Virus record (IMG/VR): IMGVR_UViG_3300046048_000470
Location: 1-57,055 of that record
DNA length: 57,055 bases
Direction: 5' to 3' (one strand)
Origin: a virus
Taxonomy: Duplodnaviria > Caudoviricetes
Under the pieces are notes generated by a model. The model was not told the DNA's origin and searched no databases. It was given only the letters and a program-made list of their open reading frames with translations. Below, one piece after another: positions 17,767 to 27,215 of the stretch (within the stretch, counting starts at the first letter, position 1; each line of letters begins with the position of its first letter). Position numbers and translations under genes: made by a program.

Positions 17767-18482
17767 CTGCTGGTGCCTGGTTGTAGGGCCTGTTCGGCTT
17801 CTTCTTTGAGCCGCGTCTGTTCTTTGATCCATGGCTCGAAGAGTCGATCTCGCCAGTAGCCGGCAGCTTCCCGCCAGTCGTCCGCCTCCAGGTCCCAGTT
17901 CCCACCTCCAGCGTTCGCTATGAGCGCCCATGCTGTCTCAATCACGTTGGAGGCGTCGCCCCAGGTGTAGTCATCGCCGGGGAGCGGGGCGCCGTCGGCA
18001 TCATCGATCACGGAATCGGCGACCATCAGGGTGTAGCCGGTCGAACTTGCGGAGTCTTTGTGCCAGGACAGTGGACTGTCCGGGTAGGTCGGTTCGCCAG
18101 GAACCTGGCCGGTCGACGGGTGATCGCCTCGTAGTTCTTCGACGTCGTCGACGTTCCATGAGCCTTCGACGGCCGGACCGTTGTTGTTGAACACCTTCGG
18201 GTTCCGTCGGTTCTGCCAGCATTTGACTCCGGTGGCTTCGCTACGGTCGATCCACTCGTCTGGGTCGTCGGTGAGCGGGGTCAGGTTCTCGTAGTTCAGG
18301 AGCCGGTTCAGGGCCTCGATCGTCAACGACATCGACCCGCCGCTGTGCTGGTAGCCGGCGGTGATCGCCTCGATCGCCTGGACGATCGAGTTGTGTATCG
18401 CCTCGTCGGCCTCGTCGTGGTCTGGGTTGCGTCGAGCTAGAAGGTCTAGCTCTCGGGCAGCGTGAGCTGCTCGGTTGGTCAT
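17763..18482 (-). CDS. Hypothetical phage protein (probably two fused modules)
   Basis: HSGGS...LTPLT..PDEW...WQN.R module plus AWALIANA..GNW module. Confidence 0.7.
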   Translation of the reverse strand: MTNRAAHAARELDLLARRNPDHDEADEAIHNSIVQAIEAITAGYQHSGGSMSLTIEALNRLLNYENLTPLTDDPDEWIDRSEATGVKCWQNRRNPKVFNNNGPAVEGSWNVDDVEELRGDHPSTGQVPGEPTYPDSPLSWHKDSASSTGYTLMVADSVIDDADGAPLPGDDYTWGDASNVIETAWALIANAGGGNWDLEADDWREAAGYWRDRLFEPWIKEQTRLKEEAEQALQPGTSR

Positions 18483-18766
18483 CGTGTGATCTCCAGTCGT
18501 ATGGAAGGGAACTTGCGGAGCGCTGCGATCATCTGGACCAGATCGGTGATCTCACCGGACAAGTCGGGACGGTCCTCGGCCAGACTCCCTAGGATCCATA
18601 AGCGGTCTTCCAGGCATCTCACTGAGTTTTGGTGCAGCACCTCGGGCATGCCGTCGTTCGGGTCTTCGCCGTCCGACAACCATCGAGCTGTGTCCAGGCT
18701 GAACCCGCCGGTCGGCAGATCCGGGGCAGGTTCGGGTACTGCGGTCCACTCGAATGATCGGCTCAT
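18479..18766 (-). CDS. Hypothetical protein
   Basis: ATGA-coupled ORF. Confidence 0.65.
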   Translation of the reverse strand: MSRSFEWTAVPEPAPDLPTGGFSLDTARWLSDGEDPNDGMPEVLHQNSVRCLEDRLWILGSLAEDRPDLSGEITDLVQMIAALRKFPSIRLEITR

Positions 18767-19152
18767 CGGTCACTGCATTCGGTGCAACGGAATGGCCCGT
18801 CAGTGTCGTCGCATTCATGGCATGAGATCGGGTTGCCGATCGATGACGCCACAGCCGAAATTATGGCTTCGGCTGCAACCGCTCTTTCTCGCCATTTGGA
18901 TTCTGAGTCGCTGGCCGCCGCCGTCAGGGTCTTTAGTTTGTCGTTCTCAACGAGCAGCTTCTCTAGTTGCGCTGCAACGATCTGGCCTGCCATCGAGACT
19001 CGCAAATCGTAAATCTGTTTGAGTACGGCATAGGGCAGGCCACAGTTCGGGCATGGTCCGCCGTTCCTAAATGATCTGGCCAGTCTGACTGTTTCCAGTC
19101 CGCATGCAGGGCATTCCAGTTTGCTGTCCGAGGGATTTGGTACTCGGCTCAT
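18763..19152 (-). CDS. Zn-ribbon/coiled-coil hypothetical protein
   Basis: CPAC, CPNC, CHEC, CTEC. Confidence 0.65.
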   Translation of the reverse strand: MSRVPNPSDSKLECPACGLETVRLARSFRNGGPCPNCGLPYAVLKQIYDLRVSMAGQIVAAQLEKLLVENDKLKTLTAAASDSESKWRERAVAAEAIISAVASSIGNPISCHECDDTDGPFRCTECSDR

Positions 19153-19784
19153 CGTTCGTCCTTCCTGGCCGATGGCGGCCGAGGGTTGATGTTCTGTGCC
19201 AGCCGGCGAGCGCCCACCGAGCGGAGTAGCCGGCCGACCGCACGACGGAACCGCTGCCGGGTCGGGCGGGGCCGGCCCATGAAGTCATGGATCTCGTCGT
19301 AGAGCATCCGATCGTCGTAGAGCGCTCGATCGGCGTTGAAGCCTCCGATCTGTGTGATGCGCCTCGACCGTGTCGGCTCGAAGCCGAGCGATATCACTGT
19401 TGCTTCGCGGTGCTCCTCTTCTGCGTCAGCTGGTGTCCGGTGGCAGTAGGCACAGCCGAGCGACACCGGGGTATGCCCGTCGCCTGGGTAGTGCGAGTCA
19501 ATGGAATCGCCGCAAAAGCAGACGAAGTCGTGACCCCCCGGGGGGCAGAGAGGCGGTTCGTTGGTCATGGTTGCTGCGCTCCCAGCTCGGTCAGAGCGGC
19601 TCTTACCCATGCCGCGGACAGGATCGGGGCCGTGGCCCACGATCTCAGGTTGAGCGGTCTCGGCCGTTGATTTGATCAGCCTCTCTGCTGCCTGTTCTGT
19701 CAGGTGGTCGGTTACCTCGTTCGGCATCGACACGAAGTAGACGGGTTTACCTTCGGTATTCGCATTTGCTTGGCATTTGGACAT
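19149..19784 (-). CDS. Hypothetical protein
   Basis: RBS AAGGA; Cys/His cluster. Confidence 0.6.
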   Translation of the reverse strand: MSKCQANANTEGKPVYFVSMPNEVTDHLTEQAAERLIKSTAETAQPEIVGHGPDPVRGMGKSRSDRAGSAATMTNEPPLCPPGGHDFVCFCGDSIDSHYPGDGHTPVSLGCAYCHRTPADAEEEHREATVISLGFEPTRSRRITQIGGFNADRALYDDRMLYDEIHDFMGRPRPTRQRFRRAVGRLLRSVGARRLAQNINPRPPSARKDER

Positions 19785-19818
19785 CGTCGCTGATTCCTTT
19801 GTCGCTGACTTGTGGTCG

Positions 19819-20190
19819 TTACGGGGTCCATATGGGTGGATCGGCTGGTTTGCGTAGGTGTTCTTTGTTGCGGATCCGTCTTTCCATCGACCCTAGAACA
19901 CCTTGGACTTTGCCCATATCGGTAGCTGCAGCAGCTATAGCGTCAGCTAGAACTGTCGTGTATTCGTCGACGTATTCGGATGTCTGATAGGTGTCTCCCC
20001 GCAAGAAATGCGGGGCGGGCATCGTCAACCAATGTTCGAGCCCGAGCCGGTACAAATCGAATCCGCCGACTTGTGGATGCTGTTGGTTCGTCTGGACCGA
20101 CCACGACGACTGGACCCCTTGAGCATGCAGCTGTTCAGCCACCCACCGGAGAGGCATTACCGAAGGTGGGGAGCTGCCGGCGCCGGTCAC
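19819..20190 (-). CDS. Hypothetical protein
   Basis: GTGA overlap with upstream gene. Confidence 0.55.
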   Translation of the reverse strand: MTGAGSSPPSVMPLRWVAEQLHAQGVQSSWSVQTNQQHPQVGGFDLYRLGLEHWLTMPAPHFLRGDTYQTSEYVDEYTTVLADAIAAAATDMGKVQGVLGSMERRIRNKEHLRKPADPPIWTP

Positions 20191-21299
20191 GCGACTGGCC
20201 TGACTGTGAGATCCCTGATCGTCACTGTCGAGTGAGGCGGAACCTTGCCTCTCGGTTCAATGTCGATGCCAGCGAAATTCCAGCCGTGGCCCGGCAGGTC
20301 GCCTGCCGTCTCGTCGCGGCTGTCTTCCATAGCGATGCCGTCCACGTCGACGGCTACCTCGTTGTTGAGGAACAAGCGAGCCCAACCGGACGGGCCCGCG
20401 ACGTCGGGGTGTGACGCCTCCAGGCGGACGTTCCACGCTGTCCGCGGCTCGACGCGCCACGAAGGGTCAACCATCCATTCCGTCGAGCCAGGATCGAAGT
20501 ATGAGCGGCTGTGGACCTCCGTCGAGTGAGGCGACCTCGCGACCCAAAGCTCACGGTGCAGATGGTCCATCGCCTCGATGTCGCCGCCGTCAGCGTCAGG
20601 GTGGAGGACCCGCAGCCCGAACCTGGCGCCGCCTTCTGCCGTGTGATCGTTCCACATGACGACAGCTATCCCAGATTTAGATTCAGAACGGCCGTTCCAC
20701 GAGACCACGGTCGCGAGCCGCACGTACTCGGGCAGTTCGCCGACATCTCCGGCGGAATCGAAACGGACACCGAAGCTGACCGACACGACCTGAGCCGGAT
20801 TGGGTAACTGGCCGACGATCTTGGTTGCTGCCGGGCGGGCGCCATCGCCCGGGTCGAGGTTGACAATCAAATCCGGTGCGTCGCCGATTGGATCACGGCC
20901 AGCGCCGACGGCCAGCCACGCCGGCGATCCTGAGCTGACAATCCGCTGGAGTGAGCCCGGCGCTCTCAGGAACCCGTACATGCCGTTCCCGATCGCTGTT
21001 CCGACGTCGCCGAAATCGACCTGACCGACTGGCCAACCAGGCCGGGGCATCATCAGCACCGGGGCCGGCAGGACAGGAGGATCCGAGGTTTCATCAGCGA
21101 CACCGGCCTGGCGTCGCAGCTCGACGACCTCGGCTGCCAGTTCCGCCACTTCCTCCGCCAGTCGAGCGGATTCCCGCTCAGCCCGAGATGCACGATCCTC
21201 AGCGTCTTCGGCCTCTTGTCGGTAGCCGTCGCGTTCCGCCGTGATCGCTTCGATCCCGATCGTGAGCGCCTCGATAGCGTCGCTGATCTGTTCTCTCAT
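20187..21299 (-). CDS. Coiled-coil plus jelly-roll (polysaccharide lyase/lectin-like) protein
   Basis: N-terminal heptads; VSFGVRFD...SGWARLFLNN...GIAM pattern; ATGA-coupled to endolysin. Confidence 0.55.
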   Translation of the reverse strand: MREQISDAIEALTIGIEAITAERDGYRQEAEDAEDRASRAERESARLAEEVAELAAEVVELRRQAGVADETSDPPVLPAPVLMMPRPGWPVGQVDFGDVGTAIGNGMYGFLRAPGSLQRIVSSGSPAWLAVGAGRDPIGDAPDLIVNLDPGDGARPAATKIVGQLPNPAQVVSVSFGVRFDSAGDVGELPEYVRLATVVSWNGRSESKSGIAVVMWNDHTAEGGARFGLRVLHPDADGGDIEAMDHLHRELWVARSPHSTEVHSRSYFDPGSTEWMVDPSWRVEPRTAWNVRLEASHPDVAGPSGWARLFLNNEVAVDVDGIAMEDSRDETAGDLPGHGWNFAGIDIEPRGKVPPHSTVTIRDLTVRPVA

Positions 21300-22210
21300 G
21301 CAGCACCGGTTTTCTGTGCATGGATGACCAGCTGCCACCGGATGTAATCCATGGTCGGGCCTGGAGAGTTCCACGGGTCGGCAGCAGCGCCCTCGGGAGG
21401 AGCCCCGTATTTCTTGTTGATCAGATCCCGCATCCACGAAGCGACAGAGTCTGAATAGTCGCCAGGGCCTAGCAGCGACTCGTACATCGCGAACAGATCA
21501 GCTCGCATCTGCGCTTCGCCTGGCCAAGAAGAAATGTTTGTTCCGATTGTCATATCAGGGGCCTCCAACAAGTAGTTGATCATCTCGAAATATTCCGCCC
21601 ACGGGAACCCATCCCCCGGGTCGTACCGGCGGCCAGGGTCTAGCTCGCCGTGGCCGACGAACCCAGGGATCCTGTCGTGGTATTCGTCTGCCGTGATCCG
21701 ACGTCGCGGCGTGTCGATCCCGACCGTGGACCGGAGCCAAAGGATCGCGTCGGCCGCTGCCAGCGCGTGTTTCGCGATCAGGAGCGACGCCAACCGTTTG
21801 TGTGACCCGATCAGGCGCGGCCAATCTCCGGCCTTCACAGCGCAAGCCAGACCAATCGAGTGACGGTTGCCGCCCGTGCCCTCATGGTGCATCTGCCAAC
21901 CGTACGAACCGGCCCTGATGACCCTGGCAGCGTCTGAGACCGTGTGATAGCTGCCAGGGTCCGGGCGGGTCAGCATCCACGAGACGACGCCTTCAGCGCC
22001 CGAGTACGGGGCCGTGAAATCGGTGTTGTTCTCCGCGGTGTGCTCAACGAAACAACCGGAGACCGTGGCCTTCCGGCTGACGTAGAACTGCGGGTAGTTC
22101 GGCTTCTTCGGTCCTGACGTCGCCATGGCCAAGGGCATGCTCAACGGCAGATGGTGAGCCAGGCCGTCGAGGGTCTGCAGCTCGAAGGGGTCGAGGATCA
22201 CCGTTGTCAT
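21296..22210 (-). CDS. Endolysin, N-acetylmuramoyl-L-alanine amidase (Amidase_2)
   Basis: EHTAE, SYH, N..SIG, GH.ELDP.RR.DPG..FPW Zn-amidase motifs. Confidence 0.88.
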   Translation of the reverse strand: MTTVILDPFELQTLDGLAHHLPLSMPLAMATSGPKKPNYPQFYVSRKATVSGCFVEHTAENNTDFTAPYSGAEGVVSWMLTRPDPGSYHTVSDAARVIRAGSYGWQMHHEGTGGNRHSIGLACAVKAGDWPRLIGSHKRLASLLIAKHALAAADAILWLRSTVGIDTPRRRITADEYHDRIPGFVGHGELDPGRRYDPGDGFPWAEYFEMINYLLEAPDMTIGTNISSWPGEAQMRADLFAMYESLLGPGDYSDSVASWMRDLINKKYGAPPEGAAADPWNSPGPTMDYIRWQLVIHAQKTGAA

Positions 22211-22929
22211 GCTTCGACCAGCTCCAGGAACGACTCGGCCTCGATACCGACACCGGAACCGAGCGCCGGCAGCTCCGGGCCGCGAAGCTGATACCGGCCG
22301 TCGGGGCCTCTGACGACCTGATCGGTGAGCCACTGCAACCGGTTCAGGCGGTCAGTCAGATCGACGTGGCTGATACCGAGAACCGACTGGAGACGGTCGG
22401 CTGAGCTGGGCCGCTCCCACAACTCACGAAGGATCGGGTCGACCTCGCCGCGGATCGTGCATTCTCGTTTCAGGTCACCCTGGAGCTGGGCGACTTGCTG
22501 CCGAAGCATCGCTGCATCTTGTGTCGACCGTCGCAGCGTCGACGTCTCGAACTCCAACCGTCGCCGCAACGCCTCGTAACGGTGGGCGGGGACCGAGTCC
22601 GTTGAGATCACCGCGTGTGCCGTGGTGATCGACTCGGGAGCCGTCGGCCTGCCGGCGTTACGGACCATCGGCATCGTCGATGTAGGCGCCTTGATCGAGG
22701 GCGGCCGGATGATCCGATGCTGCCCAGTGACCGGAGCCATGACAGCGCTCCTCGGAACCGACGTCGCTGTTGTCCTCTTCTGCGCGGCTCTCCTCTCCGC
22801 CCGGGCCTTAGCTGTCCGTCGTGAATCGAAATCAGACGCTGCGTTCAGGCCTGCCACCGCTACAAATCCTGCTACCGCGACCGCGCCTATCAGTGCGATA
22901 TCGGACGACACTGCTACTAGTTCGAGCAT
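22207..22929 (-). CDS. Membrane-anchored coiled-coil protein
   Basis: N-terminal TM, central coiled coil; coupled to endolysin. Confidence 0.6.
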   Translation of the reverse strand: MLELVAVSSDIALIGAVAVAGFVAVAGLNAASDFDSRRTAKARAERRAAQKRTTATSVPRSAVMAPVTGQHRIIRPPSIKAPTSTMPMVRNAGRPTAPESITTAHAVISTDSVPAHRYEALRRRLEFETSTLRRSTQDAAMLRQQVAQLQGDLKRECTIRGEVDPILRELWERPSSADRLQSVLGISHVDLTDRLNRLQWLTDQVVRGPDGRYQLRGPELPALGSGVGIEAESFLELVEA

Positions 22930-23789
22930 TGCGTTACCTCACTTGTTGGGGTTGATGAATGGACAACTCTCGGGCCAGACGCCGAATGTTCCCAGGTGCC
23001 CGACAGGTCGACCCACCGAGGCGGGGACACTTCCAGGTCGAAGACCATGATCAACTCATGTGGGATCATCGGGGCCGCCCCTGGCCGAAGATGGTTCATC
23101 TTCAGTCTCGGGGTGACGACCGGCAGTGCGTAGTCGAGCCTGAACCCTGCAGCCTCAGCAGCTTCGATCCACCAGCTCGGCGCGTAGACACGTTTCCGGT
23201 CGACGTTGAAATCAGAGACGTTCAGGATGAGCCGGCGCGGGCCCGGGTCGAGAACGAACGCGGCGAGGCGGAGCCAACGCTGGTGGAACAACCAGAATTT
23301 CGGTCCCCACTTCATCGCAGCTGACGATCCCCGCGACGGCGGACGGCCGAGCGACACCGCGTAGCTCGACCTCCCCGTCGGGTCGGCTCCGACCCCATAG
23401 CAGAGCTTGCAGCCCTCAGCCGGGACGTCTCGGCCTGCCTTACAGCTTGGGCACGGTGGACCGAGATAGCAGTCACCGAACCGGTTCCCGTACGTCGTCG
23501 AGGTGACAATCGCTCCGATCCGGGGCGGGTAGGCGGTCGGGTCGAGCGCGTCGCCCTTGCGGACGTTGGGATTCATGCTCGCCCATTCGCCCTCCAGCTC
23601 GATACCGGCCCATTCAGAGCGCCGGAGAATCAGATCGAGTTTCTCTCCAGTGCCGGCGAACGGGTCGACGATGACCCGCTCGACCGGTTGCGGGTCGTCA
23701 TGCAGGATCCGGTCCAGCTCGGCCAGGATCGAATCGGAGAACTTGCAAGGATGGTGCTGTTCCCCTGCAGCGGTCAGACGCCCAGCCAT
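22917..23789 (-). CDS. DNA amino-methyltransferase-like protein (N4-C/N6-A) with Zn-finger insertion
   Basis: HP.KF, VDPFAGTG, GIELE, GDA, TSTTY (variant of SPPY). Confidence 0.75.
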   Translation of the reverse strand: MAGRLTAAGEQHHPCKFSDSILAELDRILHDDPQPVERVIVDPFAGTGEKLDLILRRSEWAGIELEGEWASMNPNVRKGDALDPTAYPPRIGAIVTSTTYGNRFGDCYLGPPCPSCKAGRDVPAEGCKLCYGVGADPTGRSSYAVSLGRPPSRGSSAAMKWGPKFWLFHQRWLRLAAFVLDPGPRRLILNVSDFNVDRKRVYAPSWWIEAAEAAGFRLDYALPVVTPRLKMNHLRPGAAPMIPHELIMVFDLEVSPPRWVDLSGTWEHSASGPRVVHSSTPTSEVTQCSN

Positions 23790-23956
23790 CAGCCGATCTC
23801 CCACGGGTCGAAGGTGTCACGGATGAACCGGCGGATCTCGGGCCAGGCCGTCCACCCGATGACGGCAGCGACGATCAGGCGAGCCGGGCCAGAAGCCCGA
23901 AGCGACTCGTTGGCCCGCTCGGCCGCGTAGAGCAATACCAGGTAGATCTCGGTCAT
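23789..23956 (-). CDS. Small membrane protein (55 aa)
   Basis: RBS GAGGA; TGATG overlap with MTase. Confidence 0.55.
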   Translation of the reverse strand: MTEIYLVLLYAAERANESLRASGPARLIVAAVIGWTAWPEIRRFIRDTFDPWEIG

Positions 23957-24063
23957 TCTTCCTCGTCACAGTTTCGGCAGACCCAATGGTCAAACCGTTC
24001 GAGCGGGCGCGAACAGATCCAGCAGGCCCCGTAGCGGAGCCTGCTGGCTAGATCAGAAGGCAT
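23953..24063 (-). CDS. Micro Zn-finger protein (36 aa)
   Basis: CWIC...CRNC; overlaps neighbours at both ends. Confidence 0.5.
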   Translation of the reverse strand: MPSDLASRLRYGACWICSRPLERFDHWVCRNCDEEE

Positions 24064-24376
24064 CGTCGGGGCGGATGTCCAGACGGGCTTCTAGCTCATT
24101 CATGAGCCGCTCACTGATCGAGTCGGCCAGGGTCACCAGGTGCTCCGGGTAGCCACGGCCTCGGGACAGCTCCAACGCCTGGAACGCACGGAGCAACGGG
24201 AGCGAGCCGAACTCGGCCAGGGCGTAGTCAGGATGATTGGGATTCTCTGGGGCGTCGTGCCGGAAACTGCGTGTCTCCCACATGAGCACGGCCTGCGCCG
24301 TCTCCGCGAGCACTCGCTCCGCTTCGGTGTCGCATGCCTCGACCAAGGGGATGAGGATCATTGGTGCTGTAGCCAT
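24053..24376 (-). CDS. Hypothetical protein
   Basis: Leaderless; starts ATGGCTAC. Confidence 0.7.
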   Translation of the reverse strand: MATAPMILIPLVEACDTEAERVLAETAQAVLMWETRSFRHDAPENPNHPDYALAEFGSLPLLRAFQALELSRGRGYPEHLVTLADSISERLMNELEARLDIRPDDAF

Positions 24377-24383
24377 GAACGGG

Positions 24384-24413
24384 ACCCTAACACCGTGTGA
24401 TGTTGGGAGGCAA
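24384..24413 (-). promoter_or_regulatory. Leaderless promoter of the conserved phage type
   Basis: TTGCCT-N18-TAGGGT-N7-ATG with TCACACGGTGT in the spacer. Confidence 0.65.
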
Positions 24414-24427
24414 CGTCTGGTTTGTGG

Positions 24428-26029
24428 TCAGGGTCGAGCGCCGACCATTTCACCGACCGAGAATATGGATTGCATGCCCCATTCCTGCGGCTTCAGCCAC
24501 GCGACACCGTAAACGAACGCGTCGAGCCGGTCAGGGGAATCGCCGTCGCCCTCGTAGGTCGTCATCTGCTTACGCAGCTTCGGTGCACCGGTCGGGTCAG
24601 CGATGCGGATCATCCCGCGATTCGGGTCGTCGGGCATCTCCCTGTCGGACAGGACAGCTACCGGCTCGATCCGTGCACGCTTCTTCGTTGAAGCCCAAAC
24701 AGGGAAGATGTCGACGTTGACGCCGGCAGCGGACAGAGTCTCAGTCACCAGCGTGTGACCGTTGTTGTACTCGGCCACGACACAGATCCCAGGCCGGTCG
24801 TCTGGTTTCGATCGGACACCGACGATGTCAGGGGTCGAGTACGCGGTCCCCGCCCATTTCGTCACAGCGTCAGAGACGACTTTCGACCACTTCGACGGAT
24901 GTGCTCGAAGTGACAGGTCTTCGAGCATGTAGACGCGGCCGTCTCGGGCCAAGCCCATGACCATGATCCCGCACTCATCGCCGTCGCCAGCGCCGACAGA
25001 CGGGTCGACCGCTACAACGACCTGATCGAGCCCTCCAGCCCGCACACGCCATTCGAGAGGACCGTCGGCGCATACCATCGCCTCGGCCGCTTCGAGCGTC
25101 CAGAACGCCCCCAGGGACGCCCCTAGCAGCTTCCCGAGGACCTCCTGGTCCCAGATCCTGGTTCCCTTGAGCGGCATGACCGTGTTCGCAATGAACGACT
25201 CGGCCAGGTGCTCGACGTTGGCGAACGTGCTCATGTTCGACACGACCGTCGATGGCTGATCGTGGATCCCAGGGCCAGGGTTCGACAGGTCGAGCGGGTC
25301 ATCGTTCTGGAGGAGCCGGACCGCCTTCGGCGTAGTCGTCGCGACGATCCTCGGTGTCCACGTACCACCGTCGTCCTCGCGGAGCGCCATCATCATGTTC
25401 GTCCACGTCGTATCCGGCGCCGCTGGTGAACGGTCAGCGTCAGTGAACGTGGCCAGCTCGTCACACCAAGCGATGTGGCCGTTGAAACCTCGGAGCCTGC
25501 GAGGCGAATCGGAGCCGTAGCCCTTCAGGTAGGCGCCGTTGCTCAGATAGAGCTCCACCGTCGACCGGTTCCACTTGAGCACGCTCCCAGGTGGCAGGAT
25601 CGGGAGCAGGGTCTGCTCGACCATCGTCGTCCGCACATCGTCGAGGGTCTGCCCGACCAGCGCCACAAACGGTGTCTCCGTCCACACCCGACCGAGAACC
25701 ATCTCCTTGACCGCTTCAGCCCCGGTTCTCGTCTTCCCCGAGCCTCGGCCGCCCATGAGAAGCCATACCGTCCAGTCGACCCGATCGGAGAAGCTCCCAG
25801 GGGTGCCCGGGATCAGCTGTTCTGGCCGGGCCGCGCCTTCTCGCCACTCGGCCGATGAGACCTCGATCGACAGGCCCCGCAACGCCTCTTCGACGTCGGC
25901 GCACAAATCCGGGTGCATGACCCTGAACGCCTCGAACGCCTCGGGGTCATGCACCTGGGTTTCAGCGAGGAACGCCAACCGGTCGCGGAGTTCGTCGTCT
26001 TCGGCCAGTTCAGCCAGCGTGACGATCAT
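24428..26029 (-). CDS. terL: Terminase large subunit
   Basis: GGRGSGKTRTGAE Walker A, WCDELA Walker B, TTTP, AVDPS and SPDRLDA nuclease motifs. Confidence 0.95.
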   Translation of the reverse strand: MIVTLAELAEDDELRDRLAFLAETQVHDPEAFEAFRVMHPDLCADVEEALRGLSIEVSSAEWREGAARPEQLIPGTPGSFSDRVDWTVWLLMGGRGSGKTRTGAEAVKEMVLGRVWTETPFVALVGQTLDDVRTTMVEQTLLPILPPGSVLKWNRSTVELYLSNGAYLKGYGSDSPRRLRGFNGHIAWCDELATFTDADRSPAAPDTTWTNMMMALREDDGGTWTPRIVATTTPKAVRLLQNDDPLDLSNPGPGIHDQPSTVVSNMSTFANVEHLAESFIANTVMPLKGTRIWDQEVLGKLLGASLGAFWTLEAAEAMVCADGPLEWRVRAGGLDQVVVAVDPSVGAGDGDECGIMVMGLARDGRVYMLEDLSLRAHPSKWSKVVSDAVTKWAGTAYSTPDIVGVRSKPDDRPGICVVAEYNNGHTLVTETLSAAGVNVDIFPVWASTKKRARIEPVAVLSDREMPDDPNRGMIRIADPTGAPKLRKQMTTYEGDGDSPDRLDAFVYGVAWLKPQEWGMQSIFSVGEMVGARP

Positions 26030-26709
26030 TGCCCGTTCGATTCTTGGACCTCGATCGGTGGACGCCGCAACGCCTGGATCCCGAGGAGGGCTTTCTTTGC
26101 CGTCGCTATCTTCGTCGCGGTGTCATCAGACCTGCCGTGCTTGCCCTCCAACGCCGCGACCACGCCCTTCGAGGGCGGAGCGCCGCCCTCACCGAAATTC
26201 AGGTTGTTCTGAGTGAGCCGAACCACCTTGTCGGGATGCGGGATACCGACCAACCGGTCAGCGACCTGCACCGACCGCTCGACGACTTGGGAGAGAGCGA
26301 GCAGATCAGAGGCATCGACCTGGACACGCCCGGCCTTCACATCGGCCCGGTACCGGTCGAGCATTTCGTCGAGGACCTCGGCTGCTTTGCCGGCTAGCAC
26401 ACCCGAAGCGTTGGCCTGCTGCAGTCTGGCCTCACGCCATTCGCGGCGCTCGATGTTGCCCTGCCGGCGCTGGTTGGCCCGCTCGTTAGATTTCGCTTCG
26501 GCCTTGAACAGCTGCGGGCCGTAGACCTTCCGCCATGCCTTGAGCCACCGTGACACCGTCCCCGTTGAGACGTTCGCCAGCTCCGCGGCATCGTCGTATG
26601 TCCCCCCAGCAAGAAACGAGCAGAACGCGATCCACCGCTCTGGTTTCCAGCCGTCTGGCATCGGCCCGTCCGGCGCCGGAGGATCGGGCCATTCCTGTCG
26701 GTCAGTCAA
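26026..26709 (-). CDS. terS: Terminase small subunit (HTH)
   Basis: N-terminal HTH (TYDDAAELANVSTGTVSRW); ATGA-coupled to TerL. Confidence 0.7.
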   Translation of the reverse strand: MTDRQEWPDPPAPDGPMPDGWKPERWIAFCSFLAGGTYDDAAELANVSTGTVSRWLKAWRKVYGPQLFKAEAKSNERANQRRQGNIERREWREARLQQANASGVLAGKAAEVLDEMLDRYRADVKAGRVQVDASDLLALSQVVERSVQVADRLVGIPHPDKVVRLTQNNLNFGEGGAPPSKGVVAALEGKHGRSDDTATKIATAKKALLGIQALRRPPIEVQESNGQ

Positions 26710-26772
26710 TTGGTCACCGCGCGCATCGTCAGCCCAGTGTGGCCGATACGCGCGGTGACCGACGATTAGCGT

Positions 26773-26877
26773 CTACCGGGCGGCGATCCTGGCCCCGACC
26801 AGCAGCACAACACCGATACCGACACCGGCGACGGTCGCAGCCACAATCAGGATCGGGTAGGAACCGCAGCGCCTCAT
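26773..26877 (-). CDS. Small membrane peptide (34 aa)
   Basis: ATGA overlap; single TM. Confidence 0.5.
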   Translation of the reverse strand: MRRCGSYPILIVAATVAGVGIGVVLLVGARIAAR

Positions 26878-27215
26878 CCTTCGTCGGGAGACACCGCTCG
26901 GGCCGGGATAGCTGGCCCTCTGTCATTCTCCGGCGTCAGCGCTGCTATCAGCGCATCGGTGTTGGTCAGCGCCGCCGCTGCCAGAGCGACACCCATCGGG
27001 CCGTAGGCGTCGCCCAGGCCTTCCAGCGAGCCGGTCAGATGAGCGCTTGTCACTGCGTCCATCTTGGACCGTGCGGCCAGGTCATCGTCGAGGACCTGGC
27101 CGATAGCTTCGACGACGGCAGTGACCTGGCCGCCCATCTCAGACAGAGCGGACCGCAAATGGAGAAGATCGGCCAGGGCGGCCGTGATCTGAGTGTGAAC
27201 CGATGCGGAGATCAT
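26874..27215 (-). CDS. Hypothetical protein
   Basis: ATGA-coupled helical ORF. Confidence 0.6.
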   Translation of the reverse strand: MISASVHTQITAALADLLHLRSALSEMGGQVTAVVEAIGQVLDDDLAARSKMDAVTSAHLTGSLEGLGDAYGPMGVALAAAALTNTDALIAALTPENDRGPAIPARAVSPDEG

